Source: Podarcis liolepis (Eukaryota). Taken from it: a DNA stretch of 64,000 nucleotides. The notes beneath the pieces are model-generated. The model searched no databases. It was given only the letters and a program-made list of their open reading frames with translations, and was not told the origin of the DNA. Within the stretch, counting starts at the first letter, position 1, and each line of letters opens with the position of its first letter. The position numbers were made by a program, and so were the translations under genes. This document shows positions 24,511 to 37,736 of this stretch, piece by piece. The stretch lies in NCBI GenBank assembly GCA_965112155.1, contig OZ218107.1. One strand, given 5' to 3'.

Positions 24511-26177
24511 GCTCCACTGCCCTCAGAAGCTTGGGGATGGTGGACCAGGTGAGGACATTCCCTGTGGCATCCCTAAGCTGAGGAACTCCCCAAAGAGGTG
24601 CATCTGGGAACTTCATTTTACAGGTTTCAGTGAATTCTGAAGACACACCTCTTTATCCTGGCCTTAGAGAGCTGAGAGATATATTTTCAGGACCCATCCT
24701 ATAGTTTTATGATCATATTTATTGTAATTGTAAGTTTTCAATGCTGCATTTTAAATTGTTAAAATTAAAACCACCACCACCATTATTATTATTATCAGAG
24801 CCATATAAAACATTTCTTACACCCAAATTATTTTGTGGCAGATTTCTAGTAAATACAATGCTGCAACTAAAAGGCTTTGTAGCCTGAAGATGTTTGAAAG
24901 TCTGTTTAGTGTTATTAGCAATAGTTTATTTCAGTTCAAAGTTGTTCTTTGACATTGTAATGTATAGGTTTAGTTTCCTACTTGGTCATATAGATCATTT
25001 CTCCTGCAGTTAGATCTCTGTCACAGTATATGAAATGTTGCGGGGGGATTTTCTTAGTGCAACACAAATCAGTAAACATATTACTTCAGGGTCCCCAACT
25101 GTGATCATAATCCATAATGACTGATGCTTTCCTAACATCTGAATTTACTGTTGGCTTGCAAGCAGAACTTTCCAGCTCAGGAGGAATTCTCAGAAACAAA
25201 TCTCATACATATAATCTCAAGGGAAACTTGCCCCTTCATTTCCTTTGCAACTTTTCCTTGTTAGCAGAAGCATGAGCCAGATATGATGCACAAGAAGGCA
25301 GTGAACTTAAGGGCTTGGAGACACATGTAAAACATAAAAGTGAAGGTTATTCCGAGTGTTCCAATTTACGATGTGCACTGCAATCTCCATAGGTGTAGGC
25401 TGTATAAGTGGACATTCCTTAGAGAATAGTTGAACGGGTAGAAGCCCATAGGCCATTCATGAACAAGGTTAGAACCAATTATAGAGCCCGGACTTATATT
25501 TCTCCTCAGCCAAAGCAGTTTTCATCACCTTTGCGGCTGGAACTTCAAGTATTTCAAGATGCTAATTAGACCTCAAGAGATTTTTTTTTCTCAAGGAACA
25601 TTTTCAAACACTGGTGTGAAAATGGATTTTTGGTGACAGGAGGAGAGCAGGGAGCTTTAGATACGTGGTATTGGAGCTGTCAGGCTATTATGCATACTGC
25701 TCCAACAATGCTTAATTTGGGGAATAAAGCATAAAGACACTTAAGGTTAAGTATACATAGACCTGTGCTGAAAGCAAGTCACTTTAGCTTGATAGCCAAT
25801 TTTGGAAATGTTCTTTAATTGCTTCTGTTGTATCCATTTCCTGTCCAAACTGCTAAAATAGTAGCTCCAAACCGAAGATGACCCCTCTGCCCCTTCTGTG
25901 GCCTAAAGCTCAGCCATAAGCCCTTGGTCATGTGTACGACCTTGTCTCAGCAGTCACTGACTAGGTCATGATCCCCATAAGAACATGCTGCTACATTTAC
26001 AATTATAGAAAGGCAGGAAGCTGCAGTTACTGTCATTATAATAGGCTACGAAAGTGAACACCACAAAAAGACAATGTTTAGAAGAGCGATAGGCCCTAGG
26101 AAATCTTCAGTGCCTGATTTGAATCAGGATTGTGTTGTCCCTGATGAGCCCTAAGTCTTTGAGTCCTCTGGCATAGC

Positions 26178-26178
<1 letters not shown>

Positions 26179-26231
<53 letters not shown>
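26179..26231. repeat. (AAT)n microsatellite, probably a LINE/SINE tail
   Basis: Adjoins tttataccctgccc, an L2-type 3' end on the minus strand. Confidence 0.9.
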
Positions 26232-26249
26232 TATTTATACCCTGCCCAT

Positions 26250-26328
26250 CTAAGAGCATGAGAGGTTGTAGGTTCAAGCCCTGCCTTGGGCAAAAGATTC
26301 TCACGTTGCAGGGGGTTGGACTAGATGT
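26250..26328 (+). mobile_element. Partial Squam2-type SINE
   Basis: B box ggttcaagccc followed by ttgcagggggttggactagatg. Confidence 0.55.
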
Positions 26329-26596
26329 ATTTCAATTCCCCTGCCACTGTCTGCTAGGCTGTCCTTCTATGCTTCCAAACCTGAATCCCTAGCTGCTTCT
26401 GCATAGGTACAGGAGTCTGTGCCTCCTATTTTCACCTGCGAAATGTTGAGGGTTAAGCATGCAAAGGACTGGGTTGTGTGGCTGCATTTCTGCACATGCT
26501 TACTTAGGGGCAAGCCTCATTAAACAGTGGGATTGATTTCTGAGTAAACATGTAGAGGATCAGACTGAAAGTTGCCTTGCGCAGTGCCTGAGGATG

Positions 26597-26793
26597 AACA
26601 TATGAAGAACCCTGGTGGGTCAGGCCAAATGCCCATCTAGTCCAGAATCCTGTTCTCATAGTGGATCACCAGATTCCTATGGGAAACCTGAAAACAGGAC
26701 ATGAGCACCACAACCCTCTCCCCATTTGTTATACCCAGCAGCCAGTATTCAGGGGCATATGCTGCCTCTTGACAGCGGAGGTTAGAAGCCACT
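26597..26793 (-). mobile_element. CR1 LINE 3' UTR fragment
   Basis: Reverse complement matches the 17.1-17.2 kb CR1 end (tcaggccaa..gcccatctagtccag.atcctgttctc). Confidence 0.75.
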
Positions 26794-27639
26794 GATAACC
26801 TTACCTGGCATACGAGGATGCTTTGGATATTAATGGCATACCTGAAAATAGTCAGTTTCAGTGAATCAGATTTCTTGCACTGCCCATCATAATGCCCCCA
26901 ACAGGGTATTGCACACCTCTGGCATAGGTAAAGATGCCTGTTCCTGATGCAGGAAAAGCACACACATTTTCCTTTTGCAGGAGATACATGTGGTTCCACT
27001 TTGGAAAGTGGAATACAGGGAGAAACAAGTCACAGCCAATTTCCATTCGAATCAATAAGCCTTAAGCCTTTAGTGGCACATTCAGTTCCACTGATTGGAA
27101 TAGGAGCTACAAACAGCATCCAGCTTTTTCATATTTAGTCTTCATATTTTCTGACAGTGAACAATAATAATGAACATTACTTCCTTTACACATCATAGTT
27201 TCCTGACTCATCTCTTTAGGGTTTAAAAATTATCTGCATTAAGCAGTAAAATAAATGCACACCATAAACTGGGTCCCCATTTACAAATATCCTTAGCCTA
27301 GCAAGATAACTAGGTTGAATGGGTTTTTTAAAAAATGATTGTGGAAAATATTAAGTTACGTCCTTTAATTCACTTACATCTTAAAAAAATACTTTTGCTC
27401 TGGATTAAACTCCGAGTAACAAGTGAAGCAGGAAAAGCTGGTTATAGAGACATTTTACATTTGATAGAGTCCCTACTTGAGGCTTGATAAGATTACTTTT
27501 GGATGTTTGGCTGCAAATTTGTGCACTCTTGTTTGGAAGAGCCAATGAACAAAGTGGAGCTCATATTCCTAGAATTGGTTTGGAAGGCTTTCAGCATGTT
27601 AATTATCACATTGTGAAGACACTGTCAAACATGGGGAGC

Positions 27640-27790
27640 TACCTTTACGCTGAGTCCCACCATGGGCCTGTCTAGCTCTGTATTAACTGGCAGTGGCTCT
27701 CCCAGGTTTTAAGTAGGAATCTTTGCCAGGCCTACCCAGAGATGCCAGGGATTGCAAAGCATGTGCCCAAAGCTACAGGACTTCCCCTAC
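27640..27790 (-). mobile_element. Old tRNA-derived SINE
   Basis: Same family as the 4250 and 53310 copies. Confidence 0.5.
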
Positions 27791-29109
27791 AGAGAATAAA
27801 AGGAGGAGCGAACCACAGGGGTACATCTGAAATTATTCAGGGTAATTTTTTACATTGCTATTTGCTCAACTGGACCACATCACTGCATCAGCTATGGAAA
27901 AGCATGGAAGTTACCATTTTAACTGTTATTTTCCCCCTTTTAAATCCACTCTCTTAAAACCATATCTTTCCCCCCTGCTCCATCATGTCCTTTCTCTTCC
28001 CACTGAACCACCAGTGGCCCTTCTGAACCACTCCTTTTCTCCATTAACCCTCCTTCCTTTTCTACATTTTGCAGAGGCCTCTATCTTCTCTCTGTGCACC
28101 ATAAAAAATCTTCACCCCTCCTTTTCTATCTTGTGTCTCATTAGCCTTCTTTTATTTACCTTCACTAGTTTCCCTACAACTTCATGCCTTGTATTTTAAA
28201 GGGTGGTTTTCTTTACATTGGGTTATTAGGTTGTTGTTGTTTTTTTTATTAAAAAAACTGTTCTATTATTTATTCTTCCTGTTAACTGTTTGATTAATAT
28301 TTTTACTGTCTCCTGCACCACTTGGGAGAGAATGCGACCTACACATTTTAGATAATAAATAAGTAAATCCAAATCAGCCACAGTTGTAATGAACCCGTTC
28401 TTTTACATCGTGCATGTTAAAATACTTTGCTTGAAGCACTTACAAGATGGAAAATGATATCGGGAGCCACAGCAACATAGATAAATAATTGGCTTGTGCA
28501 AGGCCAATGACTATGGAAAATCTAGGAGCCAAATGTAACGATAGCTCAGGTGCTTTGTCTACAATTTTTGTTTCCCTGGACTGTCTGCAATAAGTCTAAG
28601 CAACTCTCCCTAATTCAACCCACTCTGTGATATACATTACAATCCTATATACCCTTACTTTGGAGCAATTCTCATTTAATTCAGTGGGATTTACTTCTGA
28701 ATAGAAATGCCTAGTATTGTGCTGCTAATTGTTGTACTGGGTGGTAGTCCAACTAAATTAGCGGCTGCAGTATCAGTTTAGTCTGTTGTCTTTTCCTTCC
28801 CTTCCCTTTGCTGAACTTAACTCTTGTGTGAAAGGTTTCTTACATGAAATGCATGCTAACTCCTCACACTTTTGCCATATTGGGGATTATGCTCTTATCT
28901 AACTGCTACCTTCAGCAGATGGTAGAATGAGACTTGGCATTAATTCATTAGTTATGAATCATAATTGGTCTTGACACATGTTTTGCAATCCTGTATGTTA
29001 GCTCTCTTTGCTTTACAGGGATTTGGATAATGCATAATTTCACACTAAATTCAGTAAACCTGTGCTACTTTCTGCTCATGAGAAGAAGATGTCTTAACAA
29101 TAGCATATT

Positions 29110-29250
29110 GAAGCCTTCTCCAATGTGGTGCTCACCATACCTTATGGAACTCCAGCTCCCATCAGCCCCAGCCATCATGGCCAATGATCAGGGCAGATAG
29201 GAGTTCTAGTCCAGCAACATCCAGAGGATATCAGGTTGGGGAGAGGCTAG
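29110..29250. mobile_element. hAT-type MITE
   Basis: agccttctccaat...ctcccatcagccccagcca...aggttggggagaggct inverted termini. Confidence 0.65.
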
Positions 29251-29448
29251 TATATGATTTGTAAGGATTCTTGAAACATTTGATTTCTGTAAATTCTAAA
29301 ACAAACTCAACCTGCTTGGCAGCTCTTGGAACAAAGTGTGGATTAGAATGTAGTCATCTTTTGGGTTTCCCAATTCTCTGAATTTGGTGTTGCAATTCCA
29401 TGCTCAGCAACAACAACAAAGTTACTACGCACAACATCAGGAAGAGCT

Positions 29449-29697
29449 GGGGCCAGTGTGGTGTAGTGGTTAAGAGTGGTAGACTCGTGATCTGGTGAAC
29501 TGGGTTCGCGTCTCTGCTCCTCCACATGCAGCTGCTGGGTGACCTTGGGCTAGTTACACTTCTCTGAAGTCTCTCAGCCCCACTCACCTCACAGAGTGTT
29601 TGTTGTGGGGGAGGAAGGGAAAGGAGATTGTTAGCCGCTTTGAGACTCCTTTGGGTAGTGATAAAGCAGGATATCAAATCCAAACTCCTCCTCTTCT
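29449..29697 (+). mobile_element. Squam3-type SINE
   Basis: gccagtgtggtgtagtggttaagagt...gggttcg...gatatcaaatccaaactcctcctcttc. Confidence 0.9.
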
Positions 29698-30195
29698 GCG
29701 GTCACAGCAGCAGGTGGAGGAGAAGCTGGCTACAGAAGCCACAGCTCTATGCTCGGCCTTCTCTGCCCCATTCAGCGAGGCCCATTGCAACAGCGTGAAA
29801 GCCTGGGTAGACCGCCATAGACATGGGCCCTCAGCCCCTCCCCCAGATGGCACCCCTTATCTTGATCTATCATGGCTGCTCTACTATGTACATTAAACTT
29901 ATCACAACTTCTTGGTATGGTGGGTATGCAGGCCTAGCAGGGATCAGATTATGGTAACAGGCTGATGAGCAAGTTCTTCAATGCTGATCTTAAAAGGTGA
30001 GCAAGTTCCTATTGGTGCAGGCCGTCATTCAAATAACCTGGCCCTAAAACTTAAGGGGCTTGGAAATACACCAGTAACCAGTGCAACTGGTACATGATGA
30101 GTGTGATATGCTCTGGCTCTCTTTCCCCAGTGAGCTCATGCACCAGTTCAAGCATCTGGATCATCTTCACCGACAGCCCCATGCAGAGTGTATTA

Positions 30196-30428
30196 TAGTG
30201 GTACCTTGGTTTACGAACTTAATCCATTCCGCAAGTCCGTTCTTAAACCAAAACCATTCTTAAACTGAGGCGTGCTTTCCCTAATGAGGCCTCCCGCCGC
30301 CGGTGCCCTTCAACCATTCAGATTCTGTTTTTAGACCAAGGTAAAGTTCGCACACTACTTCTGATTTTGCAGAGTTCATAAACCAAATTGTTTGTAAACA
30401 GGGCTGTTCTTAAACCGATGCACCACTG
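30196..30428. mobile_element. Tigger-like Tc/mariner MITE inserted in an old L2 remnant (~29930-30450)
   Basis: TIRs tagtggtaccttggttta / taaaccgatgcaccactg; TA TSDs. Confidence 0.8.
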
Positions 30429-31099
30429 TACATTAAAATAATACCATAGTTGATTGCAGCAAAAACCACTGAGAACTGACAGAACTGTCTGGGTTGTTTC
30501 AAAAATTAAATATGGAATTAAATATGCATTTTCATGGATTTGTTTTTAAAGCAGACATATGCAGAAAAACATGTAGAATTGACATGGCTCAATAAATACT
30601 GGTTCATCCATTTCTAATTACATGTATCAGTAGCTATATACATAGATGTAGTGATTCAGCTTCTTTAGCCATTTTTAAAATGCAATTTTACTATGTGCCA
30701 GCAGAGAAAAAGAAATGCAACATTCTAACCTAGAATGCAAGACACCTGCTGGGAGCAAAATTGACTAGGAGAGCATGGGTCTAATAAGTTTTACTCCAAA
30801 GAGGTATCTTATGATTGCGGAAATGTTTCTCTGCACAAGCATGTTGCTACATTTCCCTTTCGGTTAAAACTGGATCTTTTAAATATATATATATATATAA
30901 TAGGAAAATGAAGCAGTGGTCACGCCATACTCTTGAGTTCATGTGTTCAGTCTGAAAAGTGCTTCCAAAGAGTGTCTTATGAGAGAGTCGGCTAGAAGAC
31001 ATCTAATCAGACAGAACAACAGGATGCGGTGTTCTTTAAAAGGGTAACAAAAAATGTCCCAAGACCTATAGTTTCTGTGCTTCTTTTTGGTTTTACATT

Positions 31100-31560
31100 A
31101 GCTGCTATTCAGTTACCTTGTATAAAGACTGATGTTAATAATATGTTGCACTTTTTTTGGTTGATTGGTCTGTGATTTCACACTTGAGTCCTTTAAGAAC
31201 TCTCTGGATCCATTGAATTGACACTATTCAGGCTGCTATTGCTGATTGGTTCTGCAACCTTCTTTGTCACCTCTGTTGGGAATTGTATGTGTTATATATT
31301 GCCTGAATAAATTGGTTTGGGTGTGGATATCTCCCTAGCATCTTCTGCAGTGAAGACAAAGCAAATAATTTGGTTAGATTCTCTGCAACATCATTCTTTG
31401 TTCTTCCTATACAAGCTTTGCTACTTTTCAATTCATCCAGCTTCGTGTATATTTCAAGAATCAATTATTTTTTTATTCTTTATAGTAATTTGATCTTCAG
31501 CTTTCTTCTTGGCTTTGTTGCAGATTTACATTTTGTTTGTCACGTATGGTGCCTTTCTGC
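31100..31560 (-). mobile_element. Degenerate CR1 ORF2 fragment
   Basis: Minus-strand frames give FVFTAEDAREISTPKP and IQRVLKGLKCEITD, resembling CR1 FASVFTAEDVREIPTP and HPRVLKELKCEIAD. Confidence 0.75.
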
Positions 31561-33719
31561 AGTTAGCAACAGAAAATTTATACCTTTCCGGCAACTGGTA
31601 CGGAGGTAATAGTAAAGGAGCAGGAACAATGAGGCTAGAGAGATTCAAAAAGCACTGGATGAAAGAAGCGGCTTTGGGGACGAATATGGAGGAGGTGAGA
31701 GAAGTAGCCTGATAGGGTTGCTATTTTAGTGATAAGAGGTAGCACAGGATGAGAGGCAGTGATGGAGTGGAAGACAAGGCAAATGCACAAGCCAGCAGCT
31801 GAGTCAGTGCAGTAGAGGGAATATTAAAAAAGACAGGCAGGGTGGAAAGGTTTCAATATAAGGAATAGATGCTTGGATTAGATCATATGAATTAAGGTAA
31901 AAAACCAGTGTTTTATCATTGGCACCAGGGGCAAATTGTCAGTGGGGTGCTCCAAATACAAGCTTCCCCGTCATGGAAAACCTCATTCCATTTTGACCTG
32001 CAATACAAGGACCTTGCAGTGTGCAATGAAGGCTTCTTATGAGGACAGAGTTCAGAGAAGTGTCTGTTCCTTATCTGGTGCCCTCCAGGCCAGGAACCAC
32101 AAACATATCATCACCCTCTGACTCAAGATGATGAGTCCCCAGTCTCATCAAAATCAAAGACTGGAAATAAGACGAAGTGTATTTTAACTACCCAGCCTTC
32201 TCTTCAAGGGAGGCAAAACTTACCACATTGTAGGTCTTGCCAGCTTTAGGTCATTGCAGAGACAGCATCTCCCTGTTGTTGCCTTAGAAGAAGCATGCTT
32301 CAGCCAGAGGAGACCCCTTTGATCTGTCCAAGGTCCTGATCTTATCTGATGCTGATCTTGACCTGACTCTGACTAGCCTTCATCAGACTCTAGCCTGCAT
32401 GCCTGGAAGCATCAAGCTCTCATAGCCAGCTAACCAGCTCCATCAGCAGAAGCCCTGTGCAAGGACTTTTGCTTTCACAAGGGGGTATCTCTCCCTCTCC
32501 GCTCCCTGAGCGCCGCCTGATCATGATAACCCCTATAATTGTGGGGAGGAACAGGAGAGAGCATTGTTCTGTCGGGCAAGCTGGAATGCTGCACCAATGG
32601 AAGAGCGTGACATTTAATTTCACCCTATCAGTGGTTGGAAGTGGGGCTACCTGGTGTCTCAGTATCTTGTCAGGACTTTTGAGGAACTATGGTGACTAGA
32701 TCTAGGGCAAAGAGGTCAGTTCCTGCCCTCAATGGAGTTGCTGGCAAAGGTTCTCTTCTGAATGAAATTAAACAATTTTACAAAGTACTTTGCCAAAACT
32801 ACTTTGCCTTAATTTCTTAAGACAGAGGTGATGTTGTTTGATGCAATAACAACAGCAAGACCCCACTGTGAAATCAGTTCAAATTTGCCAGGTGGTAGCC
32901 CTACTGTGTACAAATTGTCAGAGAGACCACACACTTCTGTCTTTGGTCACTAAATCTCTAGAATGGGACTCTGAAAGTTTTCTCATTTCCCCACAAGTTT
33001 TAAAGGACTTAAACTGATCATTTTGAAAGTCAGCACAATGTGCCAGTCTCTGATGGCCACTGCTTCTGCAGAAAGAAAGAAAATATCCCTATGTATAGTG
33101 TGCTAGAGAGACCGGTAAGCTGTCAACTCCCATTCAACATCAAACAAGACTTGGGTGACCTTTGATTAGCCTGATGTTACCCTGCAGCGAAATGAGTTAG
33201 TGGCTATTAAAGATGAAGCACACACAGTACCTGGCATTGCAAAAGAACATCTAGTATTTATTCAGCTATGAAGACTTTTAAAACTTAATACATAAAGCAA
33301 TGAGTTTTATTAGAGAGTTTTGGAGTTTTGAGTGGGTTCAGTTTTTAGCTTAATGTCTTCTGCAGTGAAAACACTTTCAGATGCATTTTCAGCTAAGCTT
33401 GAACAGATCAGTCTATGCTCGCTTCACATGTGTATGTTCTTAAGACCATCCATCATCAATCTGCATCTTCTTCTTTTTAAAAAAGCATTTTACATGCATT
33501 TTAGTGTTTTGGTTTTTTTAAGCCAGGAGCTATATTACAAATTTTGTAGAAGTGTGAAAACTGAAGGTTAACTGCATCCTGATCCATAAATTAGTCTGGG
33601 AAGTGTGAATCAGGTTGACGTTCTTAAAAATGTGAACTGCATGAAATCCTTGAGCATTCCTATTTTCATTTGAAAATATTCACATTTTTTTTCCATGCCA
33701 TGAGTGTTAGGTCTTAGAA

Positions 33720-33915
33720 CTAGGATGGTTTACCAGCTAGAGTGTTGAACTTGCACTAGAAAAATCCAGATTTAAATCTTCACTCAGTCATGAAGTTCAG
33801 CAGGTGACCTTGGACTAGTTATTGTTCTTCATTTGAGAAAATAATGCGTGGTGGCGGCGAGATAACCATCTATACCAACCTGAGCACCTTAGAGGGAGGA
33901 TGCCTTATAAAAGTA
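33720..33915 (+). mobile_element. Old CORE (MIR/Squam3-like) SINE
   Basis: agagtgttgaact...tttaaatcttcactcagtcatgaagttca...ggtgaccttggactagtta. Confidence 0.55.
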
Positions 33916-34853
33916 ATACATGCATACATAGTTTCTAGTAGCCACTAAAGATAGAGGACAGTCTGGTTGAGAAGGAGCTGAATCATGGATGAATTCTGGC
34001 TAGAACTGTTCTGCTGTTCTTATTTGATTTTGTGTTCCATACTTTACTTCTGAAAACACTTCTATATATATATATTGTTAGCATCTCAAACTCACTGTAC
34101 ATGTCAGATGAATCCTGCATGGAAACCAAACTGGGCAGTGAGCAATAAGGGGTAATATCTGACAGTGCGTAATCAAGAAACAGCAAGATTTCAATGGCCT
34201 CTGACCTGAAATATGTATTTACTATTGAAATAGGATAAAATGTATAATCTCTGAGGAAGCGTATTTATGACTTGAAATGCTTCAGATTTAACACTTTTGA
34301 AACACTCTTTGGTTCTTTCTCATTTGCAAGCAATATGTAGGGAAAGATGATAGCGTCAAAAAGTCAAAGAACAGTAAAAATGAGAAAGGGGGGAATAGGA
34401 CAAACTCAGGGCTGGAGCCAGATAAAGATATTTGACCTTGGGTCCAACTGAAACCAATGGGACAAGTTAATCGTGAACTAACTTAGGGGCCACTGAATTT
34501 AATGAGACTTAAGTGCGAGTTTACATAGTCTGAATCCAATGCTGAGAGTGAAGGACACGGATAATAAATGATAATTAATCATACACCGGAAATTAAAACA
34601 AGACTTCAATATTAATATTGCTTCCTGGAACATTACTCCATAAAAATAGCGCAAAAGAAAATATACTTAGGGCATAATCATTAAATGCAATATGTGTCAT
34701 TTCTCTTTTGAAAAATCAAACATGTAGGACAAATGTTTGTTCACCCCCACTTCCAAAATGCACTTCACCTCTAATGTGGCATCCCAATTTCAGTTTGGTA
34801 TTTTTACTGATTTTATGTAAGTTTAGACACATGAAAGGTGGCATACAAGTGGC

Positions 34854-34897
<44 letters not shown>

Positions 34898-34899
34898 AA
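34854..34899. repeat. (AAAG)n microsatellite
   Basis: Direct inspection. Confidence 0.97.
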
Positions 34900-35907
34900 C
34901 CTCAGACTTTCTGAGAAAGGGATAACCCTTGGAGTTGTCGGAGCAGGTTTTTACCCATAACAATTATCTTGAGAACCAGAAGAGAGGAAAAACACAGCAT
35001 TTGACTATATGAGCGGACAAAAACAAGGTGGTTTTAGGTCAATTTATGCTCTTGTCACCTCTAATTACTTCATCCAGCAGTTCTACTTAGCCTCTTACTA
35101 CATTCCATCCATTATATTGCCAACTGGACTTTGGCCATCAACTAGTTTGGATTTACATTATCGCTACCGGCATACTTTGCCTGCCACTTGGGCAGTTTTT
35201 GAGCATTTCTGGCATTTTTCTGTTTTAGAGCTATTTTCCAATTTAGCAGAATCATTTACTTTGAATCATTGGAGCAGGGGTTTCCTTGTATTCAGCCTTG
35301 TACAGCTAAAGAGATGGTTTTGGCACTGAATGGATTATATATGAATAAATATGAAAGGCATCCTCGTGTTAAAAGGGGAGAAGGAATCACACCCATGAAA
35401 CACGGATATATACAGCTAGATTTTCACAGATAGCATTGCACATTGGTGTCTGAAGTCACAAAGAATTACCATGTATATTCCTCATTCCTTGGATTTGTCT
35501 CCTAGCTCTCTAAACAGATTGGTGCTCATGAGGGGTAGTAGATTGAATTCGCTTTACTGATTAATAGAATATATCAATCTCCAACCCGGGCACACCGTGG
35601 TACCAATGGCAGCCGTGAAAGCTCTCCCACTTCACTTAATTTTGTTTTGTTCCTATTAAGAAAACCTCTCAACCCATGACAAGGTAGTTCAGTCTTTCTT
35701 CAGCATACTCTCAGAAAGGATTTTTTTGCTCATGTTTGCAGAGCTAGACTTTTGTTAAATGAAAAATCCCTTTGAAGGGAAAATGGCACTTGGATTAACA
35801 TTGATTATTTACCAGATAGCGTATTCTTTTTGAACTTGGAAGCTGGGCAAATGTAAGAGATTTTTTCCACATTTTACTCCAGTGCTAATGGACAAATAGT
35901 GGATTCT

Positions 35908-36086
35908 NNNNNNNNNNNNNNNNNNNNNNNNNNNNNNNNNNNNNNNNNNNNNNNNNNNNNNNNNNNNNNNNNNNNNNNNNNNNNNNNNNNNNNNNNNNNN
36001 NNNNNNNNNNNNNNNNNNNNNNNNNNNNNNNNNNNNNNNNNNNNNNNNNNNNNNNNNNNNNNNNNNNNNNNNNNNNNNNNNNNNNN
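35908..36086. other. Assembly gap (179 N)
   Basis: Run of n. Confidence 0.99.
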
Positions 36087-36839
36087 TGTGATCTCCCTGC
36101 TTCTGTTGTTTATGTGTGAGAGAGTGAATATTCTAACCAAGTGATCAGGGCTAATCAGCAATCTCCCTTCTGAGGCACTGAAATTAGGTGAAAGCCCCAT
36201 GCAAGGACTGAATTTGCACGAGTCTTCATTTCCTTAATTTCAGTCCCTCAGAAGAGTGGATGCTGACTAAGAAACAAGAGCCCATGTTATCAGCCCCACG
36301 AATGCAACAGAATGGGGTAATGGAATTCTGAGGTGGAAGTGAACTGCGCCACTTCAGCCTGCAGGTGGGGTGGTGCTGGTGCCATTTTTGAAAGCTTCCC
36401 CATGAATTATGTTTCCTGCAAATTACAATCAAGTACAGCACGGAGACCAGTGCTAGATTAGCCATCCCCTGCCAAGTACTTTTATGCTCACATAGGGGAA
36501 CATTTGAAATGTGATTCTCCATCTGAAGGTTAAAGTGGTACAGTCCATTCTACCACCTCCTGGCTGAATCATTTCTTCTCCATCTTGTTCTGCTGCATGT
36601 ACAGACCAGGCCGAGGTTACTGAAATAACATGGAAGCACTTCCCTTGCTACTTGGTAACCTGGGAAGGAAGACATCGCCTGGCTGTGAGTCCTGAAGGCC
36701 GCTCCCTGCAAGGCCCTTTCCACCTGGCCAGACTCACCAGCCCTACTGAAGAGGCTCCTGGGAGACCAGAGGAACATCACTATGCCTGACAACAAATCCC
36801 AACTATTGGATTCTTTTGCCCCATCTTTTTATGCCTGCC

Positions 36840-37201
36840 AGACAGCCATGTCATAATATTTTATTCTCTTGTTAATTATGCTGTTTTAAATGTGCATTTT
36901 ATATTTAACTTCACTTAGCAATGGTTTTTGTTTTTTGAAATGTTTAAGATTTTTTTTTGTTTACTTTGATTGTGTTAAATATGTATTCTGCAGTTGACCT
37001 CCTTTGTGATGTTTTATTTTATATATTTTAGTTTTCTGTTAATTATGTTGCTTTGACTGTATACTCTATATTTGACTTTCTTCAGAAATGTTTGATTCTG
37101 TATTGTTTTACTGATGTTTTTATATGCTGTAAACTGCTTTGAGATTTTTCTTAAAAATATAAAGCGGTATAGAAATGAAATAAATAATAATAATAATAAT
37201 T
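36840..37201 (+). mobile_element. L2-type T-rich 3' UTR and tail
   Basis: T-rich tract ending tgtaaactgctttgag...aaagcggtatagaaatgaaataaataat. Confidence 0.6.
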
Positions 37202-37342
37202 AGTGGTTGTAAACAAGGATCTAAGTGGTGACACTTTAAGTCGTCACTGAAGATCAAGTGTGGAATCAGGACAAAAGATGGACACCCAATATCATAGTTG
37301 TTCAGTTCACCAGGTTTTGCAAACAGAAGGAATGCTATAATG

Positions 37343-37375
<33 letters not shown>
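37343..37375. repeat. (AAT)n microsatellite
   Basis: Direct inspection. Confidence 0.95.
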
Positions 37376-37376
<1 letters not shown>

Positions 37377-37493
37377 AGATTAAGCTATTGGAGCTTCATT
37401 GCTTCATTTTAGGCTATCTGTGCAATTCTCAGAGAGACCAAAAAAAAGTGTTAATTCAGATGGAAGGGTGGCAGGAAAAAGAACTCATCAGTA

Positions 37494-37736
37494 CAGTGGA
37501 ACCTCGGGTTACGTACCGTACTCCGTACGAACGCTTCAGGTAACAAGCTCTGCTAATCCAGAAGTAGATGCTCCTGGTTGCGAAACTTTGCCCTGGGATG
37601 CGAGTGGAAGTCGTGTGCCAGCGGCGCAGTGGCAGCAGAAGGGCCCATTAGCGAAAGCGCGCCTCAGGTTAAGAACGGTTTTGGGTTAAGAATGGACCTC
37701 TGGAACGAATTAAGTTCATAACCGGAGGTACCACTG
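37494..37736. mobile_element. Tigger-like Tc/mariner MITE
   Basis: TIRs cagtggaacctcgggtta / taaccggaggtaccactg; TA TSDs. Confidence 0.88.

Noticed and set aside
35874-36200. ORFs containing poly-X, and poly-I/L/HT ORFs elsewhere
   Set aside because: Artefacts of the N gap and of microsatellites.
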